Source: Candidatus Poribacteria bacterium (GTDB lineage: Bacteria > Poribacteria > WGA-4E > GCA-2687025). From it: DNA of 64,000 bases. The notes beneath the pieces were generated by a model, which was not told where the DNA came from, ran no database searches, and saw only the letters and a list, made by a program, of their open reading frames with translations. This document shows positions 29,192 through 37,833 of this stretch, in pieces. Each line of letters starts with the position of its first letter. The stretch's first letter is position 1. The stretch is taken from contig OY762492.1 in assembly GCA_963665845.2 (NCBI GenBank), positions 288,001-352,000 of the forward strand, read 5' to 3'. The translations under genes and the position numbers were made by a program.

Positions 29192-29293
29192 GTCATTCCC
29201 GCCCTTGCGGTAACACGCGCGGGAATCTAGAGGCGCCTTAGAGGCTGCCCGCGTTCGCCCGCCGGCATGTCCCAACTAAAGACGTAAGGTCAG
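29192..29293. mobile_element. truncated MITE copy (one end plus internal palindrome)
   Basis: GTCATTCCC..GGGAATC followed by TGTCCCAACT..AGGTCAG end. Confidence 0.7.
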
Positions 29294-29299
29294 GGGAAC

Positions 29300-29467
29300 C
29301 TGACCTCATGCATAAAGTTGGGACATTTGAACCGACGATCGCTCTATTCATGGGAAAAAGACGCCGCCAACCAAACCGTCATTCCCGCGCAAGCGGGAAT
29401 CCAGAGTCTACCCAGAAACCGTCCGCGTTCACAACCAGAATTGTCCCAACTCTAAGGGTAAGGTCAG
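29300..29467 (+). mobile_element. 168-bp MITE, 26-bp imperfect TIRs, 9-bp target duplication
   Basis: CTGACCT-N9-AGTTGGGACA at both ends; CAGGGGAAC at 29291-29299 and 29468-29476; homolog at 37623-37790. Confidence 0.85.
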
Positions 29468-29479
29468 CAGGGGAACCTA

Positions 29480-29509
29480 TTGACATCAGCCGGCGCCGGC
29501 GCGTATCAT
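29480..29509 (+). promoter_or_regulatory. putative sigma70 promoter of the TPR-RelE unit
   Basis: TTGACA-18 bp-TATCAT. Confidence 0.55.
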
Positions 29510-29537
29510 ATACGTAATCAAAAGAAAGGGCGCGCGC

Positions 29538-30290
29538 ATGCATGAGCTTAGGAGGTTGGAAGACGGTCGGCTGTCGTTTCATTTCGGCGATTTTGCCGAG
29601 AGCATGAGAACGATTAGCGAGACGGCAGATTCGTTCGCCGTTCATTTGGATCGTTCCGCCGACGCAATGAGGCGGTTAGGCGCGGCGATGTCAAGCGCAA
29701 AAGAAACGCTTGACGCCGCTGGGGAAAACATTGACCAAACCAGTGTGTTCTGCCGCTTGTTTAAAAAGGCGCATGGACATTACAGCGAAGCGATCCGTTT
29801 GACAGCGGAGATAGACCTAGGGGAGGTTGCGCATTCCTTGTCGGCGAGTCTTTACCTTTGCCGCGGCCGTATCTCTTTGGTTTTGTACCAGTGGGGGGGC
29901 GATTCGACAGACACTCTCCATTCCGCAATTGCGGACCTCGTCAAGTCGGTTGAACTGGACCCCGCCGCTGAAACGCACATGCGCTTGGCGGAGGCGTATG
30001 TCGAATCGGACGACCTGGACGCCGCTATGGAGAGCCTTGAGAGCGCGACCCGCCTTGACATCAATTGCGCCGAGGCGTACCTCTTGAAAGGACTCATTCA
30101 CCGAGTAAGAGGCGAAGAGGAAGACGCGCACGAAGAAATCTTCGAGGCGATCTCTCTCGACCCCGACCTGTACCGAGAAGAGTTTGAGCCGATCATGCAG
30201 GCAGAACGGGAGTCGGAAGCTCTCTGGGACGAATTGCGGAGCCGACCCGAATTCGACGCCATGTTGGAGGAGCTGGAAAAAGAGCTCTAA
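29538..30290 (+). CDS. TPR protein with acidic antitoxin-like C-terminal helix
   Basis: TPR units (AIADLVKSVELDP, AEAYLLKG, AISLDP); tail ESEALWDELRSRPEFDAMLEELEKEL. Confidence 0.75.
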   Translation: MHELRRLEDGRLSFHFGDFAESMRTISETADSFAVHLDRSADAMRRLGAAMSSAKETLDAAGENIDQTSVFCRLFKKAHGHYSEAIRLTAEIDLGEVAHSLSASLYLCRGRISLVLYQWGGDSTDTLHSAIADLVKSVELDPAAETHMRLAEAYVESDDLDAAMESLESATRLDINCAEAYLLKGLIHRVRGEEEDAHEEIFEAISLDPDLYREEFEPIMQAERESEALWDELRSRPEFDAMLEELEKEL

Positions 30291-30323
30291 GCGCCGCGAA
30301 GACAACGAAACGAGAAACCGCTC

Positions 30324-30631
30324 ATGCGAACGGAACGAAGCGAGAGTTTCGAAAAGGCGTACCGCAAACTTGATCCTGCCATTCAAAAGAAAGTCGACCG
30401 TAAGTTAAAATTATTTGACGAACGCCTAAAACTGCTCGGCTCCGACCTGCGCGAAATGGTTCATATCCAAGGCTTCAATTTGCACAAAGATAAAAAGGTC
30501 GCTGGTGGATTCGCATTGACCTCCTCTATCGAGTTGCAGGAAAATTAAAAGGCGGTTGGAAAGACGGAACCATGATCTGGTATTTTATCGGAAAGCACGG
30601 CGGCACATACGAACGACACAAACAACGATAA
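30324..30631 (+). CDS. RelE/ParE-like toxin split by a -1 frameshift (102 aa if rejoined); may be a pseudogene or sequencing error
   Basis: Frame 0 reads MRTERSESFEKAYRKLDPAIQKKV..; the -1 frame from 30497 reads GRWWIRIDLLYRVAG..MIWYFIGKHGGTYE..*; junction GAT AAA AAG. Confidence 0.7.
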
Positions 30632-30722
30632 AGCAAGGATCGCCCAGCGGACAGCAGACGGCGCCCTCGTTGAGCCGTCCATTCATGGCGGAAAGCCCCG
30701 CCCCGCCTCCCCCTTCGCCGTC

Positions 30723-30828
30723 TAAACCCCCAGCCCCCTTGACAAGGGGGAGTCTACGAAGCCGCGCGCTCCGCAAGCGTCATTCCCGCCCTTGCCCCTT
30801 GCGGTAAAACGTAACGCGCCGGAATGAC
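30723..30828. repeat. CCCCTT/AAGGGG hairpin plus GTCATTCC..GGAATGAC palindrome variant
   Basis: Same repeat families as at 19.8, 29.2, 37.4-37.7, 48.8, 55.9 and 63.4 kb. Confidence 0.75.
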
Positions 30829-30916
30829 GAGAAGCCCGATTTGAGTAGGTTGCGCCGTCTCAACCGCTTTGCTAAGATGGGTTGTCTTTTGAACTGGCGA
30901 GAAGAGGAGACATACG

Positions 30917-32224
30917 TTGGATGCGGCGCAGCAGACCTTGTCAGATTCGGTACAGGTGTCGGGCGTTGGGTTGATGCTCGGCATGGAAGCGCGCTTGACG
31001 CTCAAGCCGGCTCCGCCTGACGCGGGCATTGTGTTTGTGCGGACGGACCTGGAAGGGCGTCCCGAAATCCCGGTCAACAGCGAGAGCGAGATCGCCGGGG
31101 CGGGGCGCAGCGCGGCGCTTGAACGAAACGGCGCGCGTGTTCAGACGGTTGAGCATCTGCTCTCGGCGCTCACAGGGATGGGCATCGACAACTGCATCGT
31201 TGAGATAAACGCGCCGGAGCCGCCCATCGGCGACGGAAGCGCGCTTCCGTTTGTCGAGGCGATACGGGAGGCGGGCGTACAGACGCAAGACGCCCCGCGG
31301 CGTTTTATTGAGATCGACGCGCCGATGGCGGCGGTGGACGGCGACCGCTCCGCGACGCTCTACCCAGAGGACGGGTTTCGCGCCGGCTTCGTGTTTGACA
31401 AGTACGACCGCCGCGGCGTTGCGAGCCAAGCGGCAACCTTCAACATCTCCCCAGAGACCTACGCGCGCGAAATCGCTCCAGCGCGCACCTTCTGTTTTGC
31501 GGATGAGATTGAGGCGCTCAAGGCGGCGGGCCTCGGCAAAGGCGCCAACGATGAGAACGTCATGGTCATCGACGACCGCGGCTTGCGCAATGGGCTGTTC
31601 CGTTTTGAGAACGAGCTGGCGCGCCACAAGCTGCTGGATCTGATTGGCGATCTGCGTTTGGCGGGGCGGATGCCGCGGGGTTATGCGCTGGCGGCGCGTT
31701 CGCAGCATGCGCTGAATCACCGCCTGGCGCAGCAGCTGCGCGAGCGAATCGACGCGGAGCGTTTTCGGTTGAATCCGCCGATGGGACCCGCGGAGATTGA
31801 AGCGGCGATACCGCACCGGTTCCCGTTTCTGCTGGTCGACCGCATCGTTTCCATCGAAGAGGGCAAGCGCATTACAGGGATCAAGTGCGTGTCGTATAAT
31901 GAGCCGTTTTTCCAGGGGCATTTTCCGGGGCATCCGGTCATGCCGGGCGTGTTGATTGCGGAGGCGCTTGCGCAAACGGCGGGCGTTCTGGTGAGTCGGC
32001 ATGCCGATTTTGAGGGCAAGATTGCGTATCTTATGACGATGAACAATGTAAAGTTTCGGGCGCCGGCGGTTCCCGGCGATCAGATCGAATTGAGAGTCGA
32101 AATAACCCGCCTGCGCCGTTCGGTCGGTTTTTTACGCGGAACCGCTTACATCGACGCCAAACTGACCGCGGAGGCAGATTTCAGTTTCGCGCTGGTCAAC
32201 CGCGAAAAGGAGGCGCCCAAATGA
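30917..32224 (+). CDS. lpxC-fabZ: bifunctional LpxC deacetylase / FabZ dehydratase
   Basis: TVEHLLSAL, DGSA, IAPARTF, HKLLDLIGDL; PHRFPFLLVD, FFQGHFP..PVMPGVL. Confidence 0.93.
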   Translation: MDAAQQTLSDSVQVSGVGLMLGMEARLTLKPAPPDAGIVFVRTDLEGRPEIPVNSESEIAGAGRSAALERNGARVQTVEHLLSALTGMGIDNCIVEINAPEPPIGDGSALPFVEAIREAGVQTQDAPRRFIEIDAPMAAVDGDRSATLYPEDGFRAGFVFDKYDRRGVASQAATFNISPETYAREIAPARTFCFADEIEALKAAGLGKGANDENVMVIDDRGLRNGLFRFENELARHKLLDLIGDLRLAGRMPRGYALAARSQHALNHRLAQQLRERIDAERFRLNPPMGPAEIEAAIPHRFPFLLVDRIVSIEEGKRITGIKCVSYNEPFFQGHFPGHPVMPGVLIAEALAQTAGVLVSRHADFEGKIAYLMTMNNVKFRAPAVPGDQIELRVEITRLRRSVGFLRGTAYIDAKLTAEADFSFALVNREKEAPK

Positions 32225-33030
32225 GCTCCAAAATACATCCCACCGCCATCGTCAGCCCCGACGCAGAACTGGCAGACGGCGTCGAGATCGGAGCTTACAG
32301 CGTTGTGGACGCCGGCGCGTCCATCGGCGAAAACACATGGATTGATACGCATGCGCGCATACACGGCGCGGCGACGATCGGCTCCGAATGCCGCATCCAT
32401 CAAGGCGCCGCCATCGGACACTCCTCCGTCGACCTCAAATTTAAAGGCGGGGACTGCAGAGCCGTCATCGGCAACCGCAACATTATCCGCGAATATGTAA
32501 CGATTTCCGCCTCCTCCTTCGACGGAAAAGCGACCATGATCGGCAACGGCAACCTGCTCATGCACTGGACAAACATCGCCCATGACTGCGTCATCGGGGA
32601 CGGCGTCATCATGGCGAACCTTGTCTCGCTGGGCGGGCATGTGGAGATTGAGGGACCATGCCGCATCGGCGCGCATGCCGGCTTTCATCAGTTTGTGCGG
32701 GTCGGGCGCGGCTCCATGATCGGCGGATACTCGAAGGTGACGCAGGACGCGCCGCCGTATAGCCTCACGGAAGGCAACCCCGCCTGGGCGCGCAGCCTGA
32801 ACCTGATCGGGCGGGATGTCGTGAAAAGCCACCCGATGGCGGATGTGCCGGAGGAGTCGATCTCGGCGCTAAAACAGGCGTTTCGGTTGATTTTTCGTTC
32901 CGATTTGAAGCTGGCGGACGCGCTTGATCAAGCGGAAGAGGCGGCGGGAAGCGATCCGCATGCGGCGCATCTGATACAGTTTGTGCGCTCATCGAAGCGG
33001 GGCGTGCGCCGGCGCGCTCCCGCTGAATGA
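32221..33030 (+). CDS. lpxA: UDP-N-acetylglucosamine O-acyltransferase
   Basis: IHPTAIV, hexapeptide repeats, DLKF.G, IREYVTI, AHDC, HQFVRVG. Confidence 0.92.
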   Translation: MSSKIHPTAIVSPDAELADGVEIGAYSVVDAGASIGENTWIDTHARIHGAATIGSECRIHQGAAIGHSSVDLKFKGGDCRAVIGNRNIIREYVTISASSFDGKATMIGNGNLLMHWTNIAHDCVIGDGVIMANLVSLGGHVEIEGPCRIGAHAGFHQFVRVGRGSMIGGYSKVTQDAPPYSLTEGNPAWARSLNLIGRDVVKSHPMADVPEESISALKQAFRLIFRSDLKLADALDQAEEAAGSDPHAAHLIQFVRSSKRGVRRRAPAE

Positions 33031-33875
33031 ATCGCGCCGAACCGCTGGGGCTTATCGCCGGCAGCGGTCAGCTTCCCGTTCTTCTGGCGCGGGAGACGGC
33101 AGGTTCCCGCTCCCTCATCACCGCCGCTATTTCCAACGAGCCGCAGCCCGAACTGGAGCGGCGGTCAACCTTTTTTGAACGAACGGCGGTCGGCAAGGCA
33201 AGCCGCATCGTGTCGATCTTTGAGTCGCATGGGGCGGCGGAGCTGGCGATCCTCGGCGGGGCGCAGAAATCGGAGCTGTTTAAACCGCATCGGCTCGACT
33301 GGCTCGCGTTGAAGATACTGGCGAAATCGAAGACGCGCGGCGATCAGTCGCTCTTTGCCGCCATCGCCGAGGAGTTTGAGTCGCGGGGGATGCGGGTCGC
33401 CGATCAGCGAACCTATCTGCCGTCGCTGACGGTAACAGAGGGCGTTTTGACGGAGAGAAAGCTGTCCCGCGCCCAGCGCGCCGACGCCGAATACGCCCTG
33501 CATTTGGCGCGTTCCGCCGCGGCGCTGGACATCGGTCAAACGGCGGTTGTCAAGAGCGGCGCGCCGGTCGCCATCGAAGGCATGGAAGGGACCGACGCCG
33601 CCATCCGCCGAGGCGGGCAGCTTGCCGGCAAAGACGCCGTCGTCGGCAAAGCATGCCGACCCGACCATGACTTTCGCTTCGACACGCCGACCATCGGGCT
33701 GAAGACGCTGGACGCGCTCATCGACGCGAAAGCGGGCGCGCTGGCGCTGGAAGCGGGGCGCGTGTTCATGCTGGACCGCGAGGCTTTGATTCAAGAAGCG
33801 GACCGCATCGGCATCGCTGTCATCGCCCTTCCGCCGAGTCGCTCTCCGCGCCGTTCATCACAACTGGATGTTTAG
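33027..33875 (+). CDS. lpxI: UDP-2,3-diacylglucosamine diphosphatase LpxI (DUF1009)
   Basis: GLIAGSGQLP, LDIGQT, AIEGMEGTD..I.R, DFRFDTPTIG; follows lpxA. Confidence 0.88.
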   Translation: MNRAEPLGLIAGSGQLPVLLARETAGSRSLITAAISNEPQPELERRSTFFERTAVGKASRIVSIFESHGAAELAILGGAQKSELFKPHRLDWLALKILAKSKTRGDQSLFAAIAEEFESRGMRVADQRTYLPSLTVTEGVLTERKLSRAQRADAEYALHLARSAAALDIGQTAVVKSGAPVAIEGMEGTDAAIRRGGQLAGKDAVVGKACRPDHDFRFDTPTIGLKTLDALIDAKAGALALEAGRVFMLDREALIQEADRIGIAVIALPPSRSPRRSSQLDV

Positions 33876-34589
33876 CGCCGTCTTTAGCTGGAGATCTGTT
33901 TTCTTCACATTTGCCGGCGGGCGCGTGTCATGGCTGACGCGCAGCCTGACCGGCAGGCGCAGCCGATCGGAGACGCGCGCCGTGAGAGCCGCCTCAAGCA
34001 GCGCCCGCGCGTCGTTCATGTCGCCGAGCTTCGGCTGAAGAAAGGTCGTTTGCGACAGCGTCAGATTCGGCAGCGCGTTCCATTCCAATGTGATATAAGA
34101 GGACCAGCGCCCCGCTTGCGTTTGTCCGCCGTCTTTGAGCCGTTCATTTTCGGTCATGAACGCCGAGCCGAGAGCCGCCAAGACGCGCTCCCCCGACCAG
34201 TGAAGCCGTAAGCCTGCCCCTGCAAGGGCGCGCAGCTCCAGCCGGCGAAAATCGTCCGAATCCGCCTGTATAAAACCTTCCGCGTCCAGCAGTCCAAACC
34301 AGCGCTGACGCCTGCGCAGATGTCCAAACAGGTTGGAGGCGAACCGTTCGCCGCCCTTGCTGCCGAGTTCGCCGCTGACGACCAGAAGCGTGATATTCCC
34401 TTCAGAACGCCGTAACGCCGCCGCCGACAAACTGAACAGCGACCGCTCCGTGTTGCCTGTGCGCAGATCGGCGGACGCTTCCAGCTGCGCGCTGAAACCG
34501 AGTTCCGCGTTCTGGGCGCTCGGCAGCACATTCACGATCTGCCCAGACGAAACGACCGCCAACGCCAGAATCAGCCCCGCCGCGTTCAT
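33858..34589 (-). CDS. DUF481-like outer-membrane beta-barrel protein
   Basis: Signal peptide, TGNTE, beta-strand pattern, DTRPP..VKKTD. Confidence 0.75.
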   Translation of the reverse strand: MNAAGLILALAVVSSGQIVNVLPSAQNAELGFSAQLEASADLRTGNTERSLFSLSAAALRRSEGNITLLVVSGELGSKGGERFASNLFGHLRRRQRWFGLLDAEGFIQADSDDFRRLELRALAGAGLRLHWSGERVLAALGSAFMTENERLKDGGQTQAGRWSSYITLEWNALPNLTLSQTTFLQPKLGDMNDARALLEAALTARVSDRLRLPVRLRVSHDTRPPANVKKTDLQLKTALNIQL

Positions 34590-35473
34590 TGAGAATTGCC
34601 CAAAGCGGGCGGTTCAACCGGCGCGGCTCCGGTCGTTTCAAACGGAAATTGCGGGTTCGGCATGAGCGGCAGCGGCGTCTCAACGCTCAAGACGCCGCGC
34701 AGCGTGTACTCCACTTCAGCCCTCTTGAAAAGCGCGTCCGACAATTCGGCGGGCAGGTCGGCGTAATCCACAGCGAACGGCATCTCAATTGTACCCGCCT
34801 TTTCGCCAAAGATTTCTAGGTCGGCGGTCGTTCTGGAACTTTTCCATGTCTTGTCTTTTAGTTTTGGAGAAATCTGGAGCGCCGTCGCGCGTATCAGAAA
34901 CCGGTTCGGGTTTTCGATTTGGATATGAAACCGTCCTTTTTCAGACCCCGCATGGAGCAGAACTTTACTTAAATGTATCTTTGGAGGCTGCGGGATCGGC
35001 ATGCGCCCATTCCGCGACATGCGCATCTCAACAGGCGGAAACGGCTTCGTTTGGGCGGTTAAGACGGCGTCAAATACCCATTCCGCCTTCTCTTCGCCGC
35101 TGAAAAGGGCGAGAGGAGCGTTCAGCAGGATCGGCAAGCGTCCGCTGCCGTTGGCGGGTATCTCAAACGGCTTGTCGATTTTGCCCTGTATCGGCTCTTC
35201 CCCGCCGATTTTCAGGACATACTCTGCCGATTGAATTTGCGCCGCTCTCGCGTTCGGGTTCCGTATCTTCATCTGAAAATCGAAGGAGGCTTTTGTGAAG
35301 GAGAGGTGGACGGCGGACGCCTTCATGAACTGAACCTCCAGCGGCTTGATGGAGCCGATCTGCGCGTCGGCGGGAGAGCGCGGACCGCGCGGACCGCTCA
35401 ACCCTGCGCATGCCGTCAGCGCCAGCAGCAGAATCGGCGCCGCGCCTTTTAACCAAAAAACGGAACGAGCCAT
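34586..35473 (-). CDS. LEA_2/WHy-domain lipoprotein (two domains)
   Basis: Lipobox LTAC; two I.NPN motifs. Confidence 0.7.
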   Translation of the reverse strand: MARSVFWLKGAAPILLLALTACAGLSGPRGPRSPADAQIGSIKPLEVQFMKASAVHLSFTKASFDFQMKIRNPNARAAQIQSAEYVLKIGGEEPIQGKIDKPFEIPANGSGRLPILLNAPLALFSGEEKAEWVFDAVLTAQTKPFPPVEMRMSRNGRMPIPQPPKIHLSKVLLHAGSEKGRFHIQIENPNRFLIRATALQISPKLKDKTWKSSRTTADLEIFGEKAGTIEMPFAVDYADLPAELSDALFKRAEVEYTLRGVLSVETPLPLMPNPQFPFETTGAAPVEPPALGNSQ

Positions 35474-36615
35474 TCTTCTTTGATCTCTAGCCCAAAGCCG
35501 GGTCTGTTGGACGGAAACACATGGCTATCGACCGGCGTTTCGTCTGGGTTGTACGGCTTCGCCTCCCGCAGCGGAACGCCCGGCGGACTGCCGATAAAGT
35601 ATTCGCACCAGGGCGTGTTCGGCATCGCGGCGGAGAAGTGAAGCCCATACGGATTCATCCCGCCGCCGTGCAGGATGACCTGAATCCCCGCCGCGTCCGC
35701 CATGAGCGCGATGCGCCGCGCCGCCGTCAGCCCGCCGACCCAGTGGATGTCCGGCTGAAGGATGTCGAGCGCGCGGAGCTGAATCAGCCGCTGAAACGGC
35801 GCCGTCAGATACATATGCTCCCCGCTGGCGAGCGTTTGCCATGGGATTCGCCGCTTCACTTCGCCATGCGCTTCCAGGTCTTCGGGCGGCAGAAACTCTT
35901 CGATCCATTTGAGTCGATAGGGGCGCATCCGCTCGGCGAGCTGAACGGTGTAGTCGACATCGAACGCCATGTAGCAGTCCAGCATGATCTCAATATCGGC
36001 GCCGCACAGCTCGCGCGTTTCGGAGATAAGCCGTTCGTTTCGGTTGAGTCCATTCATGCCGTCCGCGGGTCCATGGGGGCAGGCGAGCTTGACCGCTTTA
36101 AACCCGCACTCCAGAAACCAGTCGATGTCGTTGCCGGTGGCGTAGGCAAAAAGCGTCTCGCGCGCCGGCCCGCCCAGCATTTCATACACGGGCTGACCGC
36201 GCAGCTTGCCGGCAAGGTCCCACAGCGCCAGATCCACGCCGGAGATTGCGCATGCGGCGATCCCTGTTGAGCCGTACGGTTTCGACGCGCGCGACATCAT
36301 ATCCCAGCATTTGTCGATGGCGAAGCATGACTCCCCGATCAGAAGCGGACCGAGATGGTCCTCAATCACCGCGGCGACGGGGCGCCCGAAGGAGGTCAGC
36401 CCGCAGCCCCAGGTTCCGTCTTCAGCGGTCGCCTTGACCCAGACGGCGCCCCACTTCGGCATCCAGCTGGGGCGGTAACGTTTATAGCGCGGAAACTTGG
36501 ACATCGGGTTGGCGATCTCGGCGTCGGCGCTCCACGGGGGGCGCCTCGGCTCGGTTCTCGGACCGTCGGTCGCCGGCAAATGCAGCGACGCCGCCTGGAT
36601 GGACGCAATCTTCAT
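35449..36615 (-). CDS. enolase-superfamily sugar-acid dehydratase (L-rhamnonate dehydratase-like)
   Basis: IANPMSKF, AISGVDLALWD, YATG, MLDCYM, WIEE, GEH, QPDI.WVGGLT. Confidence 0.85.
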   Translation of the reverse strand: MKIASIQAASLHLPATDGPRTEPRRPPWSADAEIANPMSKFPRYKRYRPSWMPKWGAVWVKATAEDGTWGCGLTSFGRPVAAVIEDHLGPLLIGESCFAIDKCWDMMSRASKPYGSTGIAACAISGVDLALWDLAGKLRGQPVYEMLGGPARETLFAYATGNDIDWFLECGFKAVKLACPHGPADGMNGLNRNERLISETRELCGADIEIMLDCYMAFDVDYTVQLAERMRPYRLKWIEEFLPPEDLEAHGEVKRRIPWQTLASGEHMYLTAPFQRLIQLRALDILQPDIHWVGGLTAARRIALMADAAGIQVILHGGGMNPYGLHFSAAMPNTPWCEYFIGSPPGVPLREAKPYNPDETPVDSHVFPSNRPGFGLEIKEEWLVPFFG

Positions 36616-36872
36616 AAGAGCCGCCGCCTTTTCCGTTTGCGTTTACGGGCTTCGGCGGCGTCCTCCAGTATGCCCTCCAGCACATCGCCGAGGGGGCGCT
36701 GGACAGACTGCTCCGTCGCGACAGCGAAAGCGGCGTTCTGCGGCAGAGAACGGTTCGCTCGATACGCCGACACAACCGCCTTGATCTGCGCAGGCGTGAA
36801 CCCGTGAAGGATGATCGCCTTTGGACGATGTTTTAAGGTCTCGTCCCGTTCGTCCAGCCGTTCAAATTCCAT
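36612..36872 (-). CDS. small DUF3783-like protein
   Basis: ILHGF..QI..V, AFAVATE.S; stop overlaps the downstream start. Confidence 0.55.
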   Translation of the reverse strand: MEFERLDERDETLKHRPKAIILHGFTPAQIKAVVSAYRANRSLPQNAAFAVATEQSVQRPLGDVLEGILEDAAEARKRKRKRRRLL

Positions 36873-36889
36873 ACCGCCTCTCCTGCGTT

Positions 36890-37270
36890 TTAGGCGCGTT
36901 CCAGCAGTTCGATTTCATACCCGTCCGGGTCGTCAATGAACGCCATTTTGCGCCCCGTCGGGAAGGTTTTGCGCCAGTCGTCCGGCCACACTTCGATGCC
37001 TTTTTTCTCCAGCTCGCCGCACAGGGCGATCAGATCCGGCACGCCGACCGCAAAGTGCATCAGGTCTTCAGGGACGTTCAGCTCATAGTCGGGCGAGTAG
37101 CAGAATTCGATCTCATGGTCGTTGCCGGGCAGGGTGAGAAAAGCGAGGCGGTTGCCGGCGGGCGAGTTGTCGTTTCGCCCCTTCAGCTCAAAGCCGAGAT
37201 GCTCCGTGTAAAACTGGATGCTGCGGTCCAGGTCGCTGACGCGGATGCGCGTATGAAGAAAGACTGCCAT
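36890..37270 (-). CDS. VOC / glyoxalase I family protein
   Basis: HTRIRVSDLDRSIQFY, HFAV, FIDDPDGYEIEL. Confidence 0.9.
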   Translation of the reverse strand: MAVFLHTRIRVSDLDRSIQFYTEHLGFELKGRNDNSPAGNRLAFLTLPGNDHEIEFCYSPDYELNVPEDLMHFAVGVPDLIALCGELEKKGIEVWPDDWRKTFPTGRKMAFIDDPDGYEIELLERA

Positions 37271-37345
37271 TGCGTTCCTTTCAAGAAGCGGCGTTTCTTT
37301 GACGATCCTATCCGATATTGAGTCGGGCGTCAACCGCGCCTCTTC

Positions 37346-37620
37346 TCGTCCCCCGCTTCCACGAGGGCATGCATTCCCGCGCCCCCATAGCCTGCCCCCG
37401 TGAAAACGGGGGTCATTCCCGCGCAAGCGGGAATCTTATCCTTTGTCTGAACTAGGATTTGCATGATTGAAAAGATTGCCAAGAGGTTTGCCGAAAACGA
37501 TACGCCGCCCCCGACATGCCTGCGCCCTCAAAATCCTTAAAACCTATAAATCCTGAAAATCCTAGTTCAAAACCCAGCGCCCCGCGCCAAACCCCATAGC
37601 CCTGCTTTTCAAGGGGAAAT
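37346..37620. repeat. nested palindromic repeat island
   Basis: CCCCGCTTCC..GAGG.CATGC, CCCCCGTGAAAACGGGGG, GTCATTCCCGCGCAAGCGGGAATC (37412-37435), TGAACTAGG..CCTAGTTCA (37448-37569), CCC..AAGGGG. Confidence 0.85.
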
Positions 37621-37622
37621 AA

Positions 37623-37790
37623 CTGACCTTACATCTATAGTTGGGACATGGCGGCGGGCGAACGCGGACGTTGTGTGCGCCGCCTCTGGATTCCCGCTTA
37701 CGCGGGAATGACGGTTTGTTTGGCGGCGCCTTTTTCCCATGAATAAAGGCTTTGGTTGTCCAGATGTCCCAACTTTCAGCATGAGGTCAG
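37623..37790 (-). mobile_element. 168-bp MITE (inverted relative to the 29300 copy), 7-bp target duplication
   Basis: Same TIRs, length and internal sequence; GAAATAA at 37616-37622 and 37791-37797. Confidence 0.85.
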
Positions 37791-37833
37791 GAAATAAAAT
37801 TCACGTTGTCATTTCTGCTTGAAAAAGAACCGA

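Noticed and set aside
30917-33875. lpxC-fabZ fusion and use of lpxI as a novelty
   Set aside because: Both are already known from several bacterial phyla
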